Shown piece by piece: positions 1 through 9,520 of a DNA stretch of 64,000 bases. The notes beneath the pieces are model-generated. The model made no database searches, had not been told where the DNA came from, and saw only the letters and a list, made by a program, of their open reading frames with translations. Location: assembly GCA_963849325.1 (NCBI GenBank), contig CAWKHF010000010.1, positions 256,001 to 320,000 of the forward strand, read 5' to 3'. Origin of the DNA: an uncultured Planctomycetota bacterium. GTDB taxonomy: Bacteria > Planctomycetota > Planctomycetia > Gemmatales > Gemmataceae. Each line of letters begins with the position of its first letter. The first letter of the stretch is position 1. The translations under genes and the position numbers were made by a program.

Positions 1-38
1 CCGCAGATGATCCAGCGTGAACATTTCCTAGCCTCCTC

Positions 39-1379
39 TCAAGACAGCGAGCGCGAGACCGGATGACGGGAGCCAAGAGGATAGAACAATCGGAGGACGC
101 GCGGTCCCAGGCGTGCGACTTTCCGGCCCCAGCGTCCCAGCCAGTCCTCCCCGGGCGGCTGCGGCTGGCAGGCCGACAAGTTGGGCCGAAAGACCAACAG
201 GAGCAAGAGGGGCAAATACCACAGAACGTACACGCCACCCTGGTCGGCGTACCAGAACTGGATGCCGAGGAGGAGGGCGGCGGACAGGGCCAGCATGTGG
301 GCCAGGTTCTTGGGCGACGGCCAGAAGGCGGTGGCGCCGACAAGGACGACGTAGGCCAGGAAGATCGGCAAACGATAGGCCCAGTGGGAAGGAATGCCTT
401 GCCACAGGCCGCGCGTGTCAGAATCGGGACGCAGCCAGGACGACGGCTTCCAGCCGGAAGGGAGCGTGCGCGGCATCTCGCCGTTGACCCAGAGGATGGC
501 GCCGATGACGGCCAGGCACAGCCCAGCCGACAGGGCGAAGGCCAGGCCGAAGCGCCAGGCGCCGCGGCGGCGATAGAAGCTCAGCCACAGAGGAAAAAGG
601 AGAGCGGGGAAGAACACCGTACCCGCCGCCAGCCCAAGGAAAGCGCCGGCCACGGTGGGACGGCGATAGAAAAACACCGTCCAGATAATCAGCGCCATGG
701 GCCAGGCGTGGTCCCAGCGGCCGACGCCCAGCGCCGTCTCGGGCATGAGCAGATAGGTGTACGGCAAGAGCAGGTAACACGTCGCGGCGGCCATGCCGGC
801 GTGCAGGTCGTCGAAGTGCCGCCAGCCGATCAACAGCAGGCCATGCACGATCAGAAGGTGACATACGAGTGTCAGTCCGCGTTCGACCCACAGATGCAGG
901 GACGATTCGTCCAGCTCGGCCGGGGCCTGCTGCAAGATGACTTTCTCGCCCAGGCGTCGCATGGGGTCGATGGGCGCCGGGGCCGTCTCGCGGTAACGGG
1001 ACGGTTCGTTGGGATGGCGCACGGCCACGGCGATGAGGCTGGCGAACAGGGCGCCGGCCAACCACATCAGACCGGCCAGGCTGAGGTTCGGCGCCAGGGC
1101 CGGCCGCCGAACCAAGGTCAGGTCAAACAGGCAGCGCAGCAGATAATAGCCCGAGGCGGCCAGCAGCCACAGGTAGCCCCAGAAGCTCGCGCCGCCGCCC
1201 TCCAGAAGCAGCAGCAAGCCCGGCATCAGAAGGAACAGCGACAGCACGTCCCCGTTGCGGACACTCAGCAGGCGCGTGAACTTGAAAAACAGGGCCACCG
1301 CCAGCAACGCCGAGAAGTAGAACCAGGTCGTGGCGTTGGGCAGATTGATGTCCAGGAAAATCGAGCCGGTCGCGATCAT
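39..1379 (-). CDS. Polytopic membrane protein, possibly GT-C fold (GT87/DUF2029-like) glycosyltransferase
   Basis: 446-aa ORF with about 11-12 hydrophobic segments and W/Y/P-rich loops (YLLLPYT, FWYADQGGVYVLWYLP). The coding call is solid; the family call is tentative. Confidence 0.6.
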   Translation of the reverse strand: MIATGSIFLDINLPNATTWFYFSALLAVALFFKFTRLLSVRNGDVLSLFLLMPGLLLLLEGGGASFWGYLWLLAASGYYLLRCLFDLTLVRRPALAPNLSLAGLMWLAGALFASLIAVAVRHPNEPSRYRETAPAPIDPMRRLGEKVILQQAPAELDESSLHLWVERGLTLVCHLLIVHGLLLIGWRHFDDLHAGMAAATCYLLLPYTYLLMPETALGVGRWDHAWPMALIIWTVFFYRRPTVAGAFLGLAAGTVFFPALLFPLWLSFYRRRGAWRFGLAFALSAGLCLAVIGAILWVNGEMPRTLPSGWKPSSWLRPDSDTRGLWQGIPSHWAYRLPIFLAYVVLVGATAFWPSPKNLAHMLALSAALLLGIQFWYADQGGVYVLWYLPLLLLLVFRPNLSACQPQPPGEDWLGRWGRKVARLGPRVLRLFYPLGSRHPVSRSLS

Positions 1380-1485
1380 GTCCGCCCTCGCGTCGAGAGG
1401 ACGTTCCGAATAAGAGATTGTAGGGTCTGGAATGCTCCTGTCCAGCGCGCTTGCCGTTTCGCCGGGCCAACGGTGCCGCGACCGG

Positions 1486-1567
1486 CCAACCGAGCCGCGA
1501 CCGTCAGGGAGCGGTGCGTTCTCCGCTCGCTAACGCTCGCGGCTCGGGACGGTCGCGGCTCGGTTGG
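1486..1567. repeat. REP-like intergenic palindrome (CCGAGCCGCGACCGT.AGGGAGCGG family) with an extra partial arm
   Basis: Arms 1490-1514 and 1523-1547 are imperfect inverted repeats; 1549-1567 is the reverse complement of 1486-1504. Same family as 7861-7918. Confidence 0.85.
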
Positions 1568-1572
1568 TACGG

Positions 1573-1782
1573 TTATTTTCGAAAGACTTCGATGACGTGG
1601 GCGGTGTCCGAAAGAGAGGGCGAACCGGAGGATTGGGGCAACGGATCGGTCCTTTCCGCGGACCGCGATGCGGGTCGTGGGGCTTTCCCGCCGGCCTCCT
1701 CGTCGGTTTTCCGATCCGAGTCGGTCAGCAAGAACCACGCCAGGACGAGCAAAAAGACAGCCAGGATAGTCTGGACAATCAT
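1573..1782 (-). CDS. Small single-pass membrane protein (hypothetical)
   Basis: 69-aa ORF with ATG start, an N-terminal hydrophobic helix (IVQTILAVFLLVLAWFLL) and a polar tail. Confidence 0.5.
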   Translation of the reverse strand: MIVQTILAVFLLVLAWFLLTDSDRKTDEEAGGKAPRPASRSAERTDPLPQSSGSPSLSDTAHVIEVFRK

Positions 1783-1843
1783 GAAAGTGCGTCCAAATCA
1801 AACCCATCTATCTAGAACTAGGATAGCTTACGTCGCCCTCGTT

Positions 1844-1861
1844 TGTAAACCTCTGTTAACA
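1844..1861. promoter_or_regulatory. Putative operator TGTAAAC-N4-GTTAACA
   Basis: TGTAAACctctGTTAACA. Identical half-sites recur at 32624-32641. Confidence 0.55.
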
Positions 1862-1908
1862 CTTCCACTTCCGGCGCTTCGAAAAATAAGAAAACTTGAC
1901 CGATTCGC

Positions 1909-1937
1909 TTGACTGGGCAATTTGGGTAAGATACACT
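1909..1937 (+). promoter_or_regulatory. sigma70-type promoter
   Basis: TTGACT (1909-1914), 17-nt spacer, TACACT (1932-1937), in an AT-rich intergenic region upstream of the 2095 CDS. Confidence 0.6.
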
Positions 1938-2094
1938 CATCCCCAACTGTCTCGGTGCTCGTTAGGGGTGAGCATTCGGGTCCGAGCGCTCTTCGGAAAT
2001 CTCTTCCGGGAGAGGTTGTAGTTCGGAAAGAGTGGAACGGTTTGGCTGGAGTCCATCAACCGGACTCCTGGCCCATTGCGAGAGGAGGTCCATC

Positions 2095-2646
2095 GTGAGT
2101 TTCGTGGCAACGATCGGACAGAGGGTGCGGCGCGATGCGCCGCGAGCAATTCGGGGCGTCCTGGCTGTCGGGATTCTCCTCGCTGTCCCTGCCTTCGGAC
2201 TGACGCATTTCAGTTCCGATCTGCTCGCTTCCTGGCAGGGCGGCAGTGGGGAACAGGCGACCCTGTCCGCCGGCGGGCCGTTGACGTTCGACGCACCGGC
2301 TTCGACCGTGGCCCAGCTCCAGGCTCGGGAGAAAGACTCCGCCTCGGCGCGGGAGCGGGTGGACATGCCGCTGGAGTTGGCCGTTCTCCTGACGGATTGG
2401 CAGAACACGGGCCTGACCAACGACCAGAACATCGCGATTATCGCGCAGTTCCAGCAGGTCCTCAACACGTTGGTGATTAACGAGGTCAACCTCGACCTTG
2501 GTTTGATCTTCTTCGCCCCGACCTTCAACGTGGACGTGGTCCTTCTCCTGGAACTCCAGTTCAACAACGTGTTCACGCAGGAATTTCTGGGCATCCTGAA
2601 CATCACGCTCCAGACGCCGCCGACGCCCGCCTCTCCCATGAATTAA
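2095..2646 (+). CDS. Hypothetical secreted or membrane-anchored protein
   Basis: In the 2032..2646 ORF. GTG at 2095 follows a GAGGAGG RBS; basic-then-hydrophobic N-terminus, N/Q/F/L-rich C-half, ends PPTPASPMN. Confidence 0.7.
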   Translation: MSFVATIGQRVRRDAPRAIRGVLAVGILLAVPAFGLTHFSSDLLASWQGGSGEQATLSAGGPLTFDAPASTVAQLQAREKDSASARERVDMPLELAVLLTDWQNTGLTNDQNIAIIAQFQQVLNTLVINEVNLDLGLIFFAPTFNVDVVLLLELQFNNVFTQEFLGILNITLQTPPTPASPMN

Positions 2647-2736
2647 GTCGGAGAGAAGGGTGACTCCGTCCTGTCGGTTCGTGAGCCGGATTTCGCCGGG
2701 AGGGTGTCCGGCCGGACAGGGTTCTCGCTGATTTTC

Positions 2737-2790
2737 GGGGCGTTGGACGCTTCGGGCAGCCGAAGCGTCCAGCGCCCCTTGTGCTTTCTC
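2737..2790 (+). terminator. Putative intrinsic terminator hairpin
   Basis: 19-bp stem GGGGCGTTGGACGCTTCGG / CCGAAGCGTCCAGCGCCCC (one G-U pair), followed by TTGTGCTTTCTC, downstream of the 2646 stop. Confidence 0.5.
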
Positions 2791-2828
2791 GATTCCCCGC
2801 TCCACCGTGCTTGGGTCTTCGCGCCATC

Positions 2829-5430
2829 ATGTCATCCCTTGGGACAGCCCCTGAGAAAGACCACCGGACGGAGGGGCGATCCCGTTCGGTCTCGTGCCTG
2901 CGTCAACGGGCGGTCGCGGCCGTGGTGGCGGGGATGGAAACGCTGTTGCTCCTCCTGATCTGTCTCTCGCCGTGGACTTACGGGGCCGTCCATCCCGGCT
3001 TCGAGTTCCTCCTCGATTGCGGCGTTGGACTGCTGCTGGCACTCTGGGGCGTGCGCATGCTCCTGGAAGGCCAGCTGAGATGGAAAAAGAGTCCGGTGGC
3101 TCTATGTTTGGCCGGTCTGTTTCTGGTCGGCGTTTGGCAAATTCTACCATTGCCCCGTTCGTTGCTCGACCCTCTGTCGCCGGCCACGGCCCGGCTGTAC
3201 CACCAACTCTTGCCCGAGCAGCCGGAGACCGTCTCGGGAGTCACCGACCAACCGACTCACCGCCCGACCGCTGGTTCGACGCTCAGCCTTTACCCCGGCG
3301 CGACCCGGCGCGAACTCGCCCGCCTGCTGGCGGTGTTCCTGGTCTTCGCCGTCGTGCGCAACAACCTCACCGCGCCGGCCGTGCTGGTCCGCCTCAGTGT
3401 CGCCGCTCTGATCAATGGCACCCTGTTGGCGTTGTTCGCCCTCGCCCAGTATTTCAGCGCGCCTCCGCACACCATCTACTGGCGTTACCCGACTCTGGGG
3501 CAAGTGTTCGGTCCGTTCATCAACCGCAATCACTTCCCCTACTACGTTAACCTGTGCATCGGCCTGGGGTTTGGGCTGCTCGTCAGCCGAGGACGACACA
3601 GCCGGGCGGATCGACGCTCCGCGGAGCAGCCCAACGCCCTGGTCCGCATCCTGCACGATCCCCTCGCCCTGTGGATCGGCGCCGCCCTGGGGCTTATGGT
3701 CAGCAGCGTCGTCGTCAGTCGTTCGCGCGGGGGAATGTTGGCCCTGGCCGGCGCGGCCGTGGTCTGCGCCGTCCTCGGCCGACTGCGCCGGGCCGGTTCA
3801 TTCCGGCTCGGTACGGTGCTGCTGGTCGGCTCGGTGGCCCTCGCCCTGTGCGGCTGGTTTGGGCTGGATCTCGTCAAGGAGCGTCTGGGCACCATCTGGA
3901 CCGGCGAAGCCTTCGACACCCGGCTGCCGTTGTGGCTGCGCTCCCTGCCCATCGTGAGCGATTTCCCGCTCTGGGGGACGGGCTACGGGACCTATGGTTA
4001 CGTCGAACCGATGTACCGCGTCGAGGTCCCTCCGGGCGAGGCGTTCATCCTGTACGATCACGCTCACAACGACTATCTCGAAGTCCTGGTGGAATGCGGC
4101 ATCCCGGGGTTATTGCTGGCCCTGCTGACCATCGGGATCGTCTACCGGCTCGGCTATCGCGCGCTGAGCGTCCACCGGGACGGCCGTGGCGGCCTGGCGC
4201 TGGGGGCGCTGTTCGCCTTCACCACATTCGTCCTGCACAGCTTCGGCGAATTCGGGTCTCACGTGCCGGCCATCACCCTGATGGCGACGGTGATCTGCGC
4301 CCGATCTCTGCGCCCTGGGCCGGCGGAACCGTGTACCGAGAGAGCTGTCGGTGACAGACCCAGCGGCGGCCGGCGCCGAGGACGAATACGGCCTTCGTCT
4401 CGGCGGGACTGCCCCCGTCCTGGGGGCGGCCGCGGCCCTGTCCCTGGGGTTGGTGCTCAGCGCCGCCGGCTGGAAGGCCCATCAGATCAACCGTCTGCAC
4501 GAGGCGGCCTTCCGGGCGGGCGAGGACAACGAGGACCAACTTCGTCGCCGGGTTGCCTTGCTCGCCGCCGCCGCTCGCCTGGTACCGGACGACGCCAACC
4601 TTCTTTGCGAACTCGGACACGCCCGCACACGTCTGTTCGAGAAAACCTCCCGTGGCCTTCCGCCCCAGCGTGGTCCCGAGACGGCGGCGTCGGCGCAGGC
4701 GCTGCAAGCGTACTTGCGGGCGCGAGACGCATGTCCCATCCTGACCGACGCGCAGCTGGGCGTCGCCGCCCTGATGCCTCGTCTGGAGAAGGGGGATCCG
4801 CAAGAAGAATACCTCCGCCGTGTCAAGCTGCTCTCTCCGAGCCAGGCCGAACGCTGGTTCCTGTGCGGCCGGCTGGAGCTGGAAGCCGGACGCGAGGACG
4901 ACGCCTGGGCCAGCTGGAGGCGTTCCCTGCAGCTGTCGGATACGTACCTGTCGCAAATCCTGCCCCGGACGGTTCGGCGTCTGACGCCGGAGCAGCTGAT
5001 CGAAAAGGTACTGCCGGAGGATGCGGGTGTGTTGCTCAGCGCAGCGGCTCGCCTTCACCCGGATAGCGAGGCGGTCGAGGAACGACGCCCCTTCCTGGAG
5101 AAAGCCTTGCGCGTGCTCGACGCGAAATCGAGACAGCTCGCCGCGCGCGATTGGCGTGTGAAAGCGCTGACCCACCAGGCGCTGGGCCAACCGGAAAAGG
5201 CAGTCGAAGCGTATCGGGAGATGCTCGGCCGCGAGCCGCACCGCGTCGAATGGCGCTACGAATTCGCCCGCTACCTGTACGAACTCCACCAGCTGGACGA
5301 GTCGCGCCGCGAGCTGGTCATCGTCTTGAATCAGGATCCCAGCCACGGTTTGGCGCGGGAGTTGATCGAGACCGTCACGGCGGAACTGCTGCGCGAGAAG
5401 TGGGCCGATCGGAAAGGGAAAAGGGAATAG
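2829..5430 (+). CDS. O-antigen ligase (Wzy_C) family protein with C-terminal TPR domain; frameshift near 4305
   Basis: Motifs FGPFINRNH, SRSRGG, PLWGTGYGTY, HAHNDYLE in ORF 2781..5066; TPR helices in ORF 4351..5430 continue in another frame. Confidence 0.85.
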
Positions 5431-5497
5431 GGAATAGGGAATAGAGCGCGGCTTCCTCTCTTGCCCCTATTCCCTATTCCCTATTCCCTATTCCCTT
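5415..5497. repeat. Inverted pair of heptamer tandem repeats (AGGGAAT)n / (CCCTATT)n between convergent genes
   Basis: AGGGAAA + AGGGAAT x3 at 5415-5444 and CCCTATT x4 from 5465. Both flanking stop codons fall inside the repeats. Confidence 0.9.
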
Positions 5498-6183
5498 TCT
5501 GCTGCTGGGATCAAAAAGGCGAAGTCGGTCGCCTGGAGCCAGCGATGGATCTCGGTGATGTGGCAGTAGTATCCTTTGCCCCGGTTGGCGCCGCTGGCGA
5601 TGCCGAGGACATGGCCGCGGCGATCGAGGAGGGGTCCACCGGATCGGCCGGACATCTGGGCGGCGGCCGTCTCCCAGAACAGGGCCGACTTCCCTTTCTC
5701 TCCGCGGCGGACGAGCCGGGCCGCCGTCACCTTTTCAAGAAGACACACCGGCGCTCGCGCCACCCCGCAGCCGACGCTGAGCGCCGCAAATTCGTCCTTC
5801 TTCGGCACCAGCCCAAGAGAGCAGAGGGGAAGACTGTCCGGCGGTGGATCGTCCGTAGTGAGGCGAAGTAAAGCGAGATCGCGCAGGTCTCGGGTGCGGG
5901 CGACGACCTCGGCTTTGTCATGGACCTTCGCCGGACGTGGGTACGAGTCCGCGGAGAACGTGCTGATCTCCAGGCGCGTGGGGCGGTTGAGGAAGTGGGC
6001 GGCCGTCAAGAGGTAGACCGCCTTGTCCTTCCGGCCGATGACGACGCCGCTGCCCTCGATTTTCTCGGTACGATTGACGATCCGCACCGTCGCGGCCGCC
6101 GCCCGCTGTTGCAATTCCTTGCTGAACTCCTCCGACTCGACGAGTTGTCCGGGTGTCAGCAACAAGAGCAGCCACGGTGCCAT
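5488..6183 (-). CDS. Trypsin-like (S1) serine protease, secreted
   Basis: GSGVVI, LTAAH (His), DLALL (Asp), GRSGGPL (Ser). Short signal-like start MAPWLLLLL at ATG 6183. Confidence 0.88.
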   Translation of the reverse strand: MAPWLLLLLTPGQLVESEEFSKELQQRAAAATVRIVNRTEKIEGSGVVIGRKDKAVYLLTAAHFLNRPTRLEISTFSADSYPRPAKVHDKAEVVARTRDLRDLALLRLTTDDPPPDSLPLCSLGLVPKKDEFAALSVGCGVARAPVCLLEKVTAARLVRRGEKGKSALFWETAAAQMSGRSGGPLLDRRGHVLGIASGANRGKGYYCHITEIHRWLQATDFAFLIPAAERE

Positions 6184-6219
6184 GAATCGCTTGCCTTCCA
6201 GCAGAAAAAAGATAGTCAT

Positions 6220-6273
6220 CCGAGCCGGAAGCGTGAGCGAAGAAGGCAATCTTCGCTTACGCTTCCGGCTCGG
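6220..6273. repeat. REP-like palindrome (CCGAGCCGGAAGCGT.AGCGAAG family)
   Basis: 24-bp arms 6220-6243 and 6250-6273 with one mismatch. Same family as 55532-55590. Confidence 0.88.
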
Positions 6274-6508
6274 TTGTTCTCCAAGACGCCCCTCATCTTA
6301 CGCCGTCCGCTCTGGCTGTGTAAAGGACGCCTTCCTGACATTTTCCACCTCGCCGGAAGCAGAAAAAGTTCGGGTATCGGAGTACGATTTGCCTAGATGT
6401 TAAAGCCGTCACAAGCGGTACGCCGATAAAGACCCGCAGATTCACCGTCGTTGCGCCTGCGGCGTGCCGGCGAAGGCACGAAGATGCCATCGTTGAGGGT
6501 AGCTAATC

Positions 6509-7309
6509 ATGCGGTGGAAACGGATTGTCGGCGTGATCGGCCTGTGTCTGGGCGCGTCCGGCTGCCAGCTGGCCTCCGACATCACCCGTAACGCGGTCTT
6601 CGAGACCTACCTGTGTGCCAACGACATCAAGAGCAAAGTCTACTACCCGTGCGTGGCTCGCTCGGCCTGGAAAGAATATCAAGGCTGCCACCCCGACCTG
6701 TCCGATTCCAAGGACTTCGCCAAGGGCTTCCGGCTCGGTTACGCCGACTACCTGGAGTACGGCGACGGGCCATCGCGCCAGGTTCCGCCCATTCGTTACT
6801 GGAAGCTGCGCAACGAGACCGCGGAGGGCCGCGCCGCCTCGGAACGATGGATGGCGGGATTTCGGGCCGGGGCGGAGGCGGCCAAGGCGAGCGGACAGCG
6901 CGAGCTGATCGTCGTCCCAGTCGGCGATCGTGGTTCCGTGCCACCCGTGCCGTCTCCGGCGCCGCCCACCGGCCCACCGCTCGGCGAACCTCTTCCGACT
7001 CCCCAGGGACCGATCGCGCCGCCCATTCCGCAGGGACCGACATCGCCGCCTCTCCCGCAAGGGTTGACACCCCCTCCGGTGCCGGAACTGCCTCACCCAC
7101 GCTCGGTCTCGTCCTTGCCCTACTGGCAGACTAGCTGGCAAGGGCAGGCGGCCGTTCCCGTTGCTCCAACCCCGCCGTCCTCGCCGGGGCTTGAACCGAA
7201 AGGGCCGATCCTGGCACAAGAAGACAATTCTGCTCGCTTTCATCTCTATTCCGACGAGAACTGCGTGCGTCAAACGACCGTGCGAGGATTCTGGCGGCCG
7301 GCCGATTGA
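6509..7309 (+). CDS. Putative lipoprotein with Pro-rich C-terminal region
   Basis: Signal with lipobox-like GASGC; globular part SKDFAKGFRLGYADYL...WMAGFRAGA; then Pro-rich repeats. May be joined to the next ORF by a frameshift. Confidence 0.75.
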   Translation: MRWKRIVGVIGLCLGASGCQLASDITRNAVFETYLCANDIKSKVYYPCVARSAWKEYQGCHPDLSDSKDFAKGFRLGYADYLEYGDGPSRQVPPIRYWKLRNETAEGRAASERWMAGFRAGAEAAKASGQRELIVVPVGDRGSVPPVPSPAPPTGPPLGEPLPTPQGPIAPPIPQGPTSPPLPQGLTPPPVPELPHPRSVSSLPYWQTSWQGQAAVPVAPTPPSSPGLEPKGPILAQEDNSARFHLYSDENCVRQTTVRGFWRPAD

Positions 7310-7877
7310 GGATGGCGACGAAGCGCGGACGGATCAGGAGCGGCCTCCGTCGGTCGGGGAAGACCTCGCGCGCCTCCGGGAAATCGCGGCGGGAGGCGAG
7401 GCCGGAGTTCCGCACAGCCCGGAGTTGCTCTATCAGGTCGCCATGATGGCGCTGCGGGGAGGCTCCCGCGAAGAAGGGCTGGGCTGGCTGCATCGTGCCC
7501 TTCGGGAAGACCCCCACTACGAACCCGCCCTCAAGGCGCTGGCGGACTGCTACGCGCATCGCGGCGACCACGCTCTCGGGACGGAAGGACGTCCCCCGAC
7601 CGCGGCGAAGGCGGCGGACACAAGAGCCTTTGCGCGAGAGGGGATGCGCGGTTCGCAGGTGCTCTACCAGGTCGGCATGGCCGCCCTGCGTACCGGGGCC
7701 TTCGCGGAAGGGCTGCGCTGGCTAAATGACGCCCTGCGGGAAAACCCCAATCATGCGCCCACCCGCGCCGCGCTCACCAATTACTACCAGCACAACTGGC
7801 GACTCCAGTCGTACATCCAGGTGTCGCGGGGTGGGGATCGATTAACGATAGCGGACCAAACCGAGCCGCGACCGTAA
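7161..7877 (+). CDS. TPR-repeat protein (start uncertain; possibly the C-terminal part of the upstream lipoprotein)
   Basis: Two internally repeated TPR units (LYQVAMMALR..EEGLGWLHRALREDP / LYQVGMAALR..AEGLRWLNDALRENP). Confidence 0.65.
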   Translation: MLQPRRPRRGLNRKGRSWHKKTILLAFISIPTRTACVKRPCEDSGGRPIEDGDEARTDQERPPSVGEDLARLREIAAGGEAGVPHSPELLYQVAMMALRGGSREEGLGWLHRALREDPHYEPALKALADCYAHRGDHALGTEGRPPTAAKAADTRAFAREGMRGSQVLYQVGMAALRTGAFAEGLRWLNDALRENPNHAPTRAALTNYYQHNWRLQSYIQVSRGGDRLTIADQTEPRP

Positions 7878-7918
7878 GGGAGCGGGGCTCTCTCCGCTCC
7901 CTTACGGTCGCGGCTCGG
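7861..7918. repeat. REP-like perfect palindrome
   Basis: CCGAGCCGCGACCGTAAGGGAGCGG (7861-7885), 8-nt loop, exact reverse complement (7894-7918). Supplies the TAA stop of the TPR ORF. Confidence 0.92.
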
Positions 7919-7961
7919 ACAGCATCAGGTGCGGAATATGGGTCTGGCTCCAGGATGCAAA

Positions 7962-9458
7962 ATGGTTATGCGGAACTCCCTGCCCCTGCCGTTGCGGCGG
8001 CGCGTCGCGGCCCTGGTCTCGTCGGCCGCCTTGCTCGGCTGCCTGTTCGCGGCCGGCTGCGCGGCCATGACCAATCCGGGCGTGCAAGCCATCCCCGTGC
8101 GCCTGCTGCCGCCGGAGCTGCGCGGCAAAAGCGTCGAGGGGATGAAGCCGATCCCGCTCACTCTTCTGGGGCAAGAGAGACCGCAAAATTACCTGATCGA
8201 CGCCGGCGACGTGCTCGGCCTCTGGGTCGAAGGCGTCCTCGGCGATCACGGACAGCAGCCGCCGGTCCAACCGCCCGTGCGCCTCGACAACGTCGATCTG
8301 CCGCCCGCGACCGGCTATCCCATCCAGGTCCGCAAGGACGGGACCATATCCCTGCCCCTGATCGATCCTCTCAAGGTCGCCGGCATGACTTTCCAGGAGG
8401 CCGAGGACGCCATTCGCCGGACCTACATTGACCGCCAGATCCTCAAGGCCGGCCGCGCACGAATCCTCGTCAGCCTGATCCGTCCGCGGACGTACCATGT
8501 TCTGGTCCTTCGCCAGGACTCGCCCACTCCGATCCAAACCGTGGTCACCAGCCAGCTGGGCGGAGGTGGGCCGGAGTTCATCGGTGTCTCGCGGAAGGGG
8601 ACCGGCTGGGAGTTGACGTTGCCGGCTTACCAGAATGACGTGCTCACCGCCCTGGCCAAGACCGGCGGCTTGCCGGGGACCGACGCCGTCGATAGTGTCG
8701 TCGTCGAACGCAACGGTCAGCGGAGCCGCAATTGGGACCTCATCGCGCAAGAGTTCCAGGCCCAAGGTCCGCCCGCGTCCGTTCCCGGCGGCCCCATCAT
8801 GGAGATCCCGCTGCGCGTACGGCAGGGAACGATGCTGGGGTTCAAGGCCACGGACGTCATCCTCCACGATGGCGACGTCGTCTTCATCCCGGCCCGCGAG
8901 GAGCGGCTGTTCTTCACGGGCGGCCTGCTGGCGGCGGGGGAACACATTTTGCCTCGCGACCACGACCTCGACGTCCTGGAGGCCGTGGCGCGCGTCCGGG
9001 GTGTCATGTTCAACGGCGCCTTCTCCATGAGCAACCTGTCCGGCAACGTGCTGTTGCCGGGACTCGGTCAACCTTCGCCGAGTCTTCTGACCGTCGTTCG
9101 CCGCCTGCCGGGGTGCCGCGAGCAGGTTTCCATCCGCGTCGATCTCAACCGCGCCGTCAAAGACGCGCGGGAACGACTGCTGGTCCAGGCCGGCGACTTG
9201 CTCATTCTGCAAGAGACGCCGGCCCAGGGGATCGTCCGTTACGTCACCCAGGTGTTCGACGTGCCCTTCACCTGGAGGTTCCTGCAAACCTCGACGATGT
9301 TCGCCGGGACGACGTTCTCCGTCCCAGGCGGCGTGGCGCCGCAGACGATCAGTCCGATCGGCTTCGCCGTCAACCAGAGCAGCATCGTACAACAAAATGC
9401 GACCACCAGCGCGGTGACGCCGATTCAGACGCCTACGCCTACCCCTGCCGGTCGCTGA
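7962..9458 (+). CDS. Polysaccharide biosynthesis/export lipoprotein (Wza/Poly_export + SLBB-like)
   Basis: Lipobox FAAGC; YLIDAGDVLGL, DGTISLPLIDPLKVAGMT (Poly_export), DVLTALAKTGGLPG, LLVQAGDLLIL. Confidence 0.88.
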   Translation: MVMRNSLPLPLRRRVAALVSSAALLGCLFAAGCAAMTNPGVQAIPVRLLPPELRGKSVEGMKPIPLTLLGQERPQNYLIDAGDVLGLWVEGVLGDHGQQPPVQPPVRLDNVDLPPATGYPIQVRKDGTISLPLIDPLKVAGMTFQEAEDAIRRTYIDRQILKAGRARILVSLIRPRTYHVLVLRQDSPTPIQTVVTSQLGGGGPEFIGVSRKGTGWELTLPAYQNDVLTALAKTGGLPGTDAVDSVVVERNGQRSRNWDLIAQEFQAQGPPASVPGGPIMEIPLRVRQGTMLGFKATDVILHDGDVVFIPAREERLFFTGGLLAAGEHILPRDHDLDVLEAVARVRGVMFNGAFSMSNLSGNVLLPGLGQPSPSLLTVVRRLPGCREQVSIRVDLNRAVKDARERLLVQAGDLLILQETPAQGIVRYVTQVFDVPFTWRFLQTSTMFAGTTFSVPGGVAPQTISPIGFAVNQSSIVQQNATTSAVTPIQTPTPTPAGR

Positions 9459-9461
9459 GGA

Positions 9462-9520
9462 AAAGTTCTGAGTTCTGAGTTCTGAGTGAATGGCACTCAG
9501 AACTCAGAACTCAGAACTTT
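9462..9520. repeat. Perfect 27-bp inverted repeat built from heptamer (AGTTCTG)x3, between convergent genes
   Basis: AAAGTTCTGAGTTCTGAGTTCTGAGTG (9462-9488), AATGG, reverse complement (9494-9520). The wecB stop lies inside it; likely a bidirectional terminator. Confidence 0.9.

Noticed and set aside
6474-6490. sigma54 promoter GGCACGAAGATGC upstream of the lipoprotein
   Set aside because: The GG-to-GC spacing is 9 nt, not the required 10.
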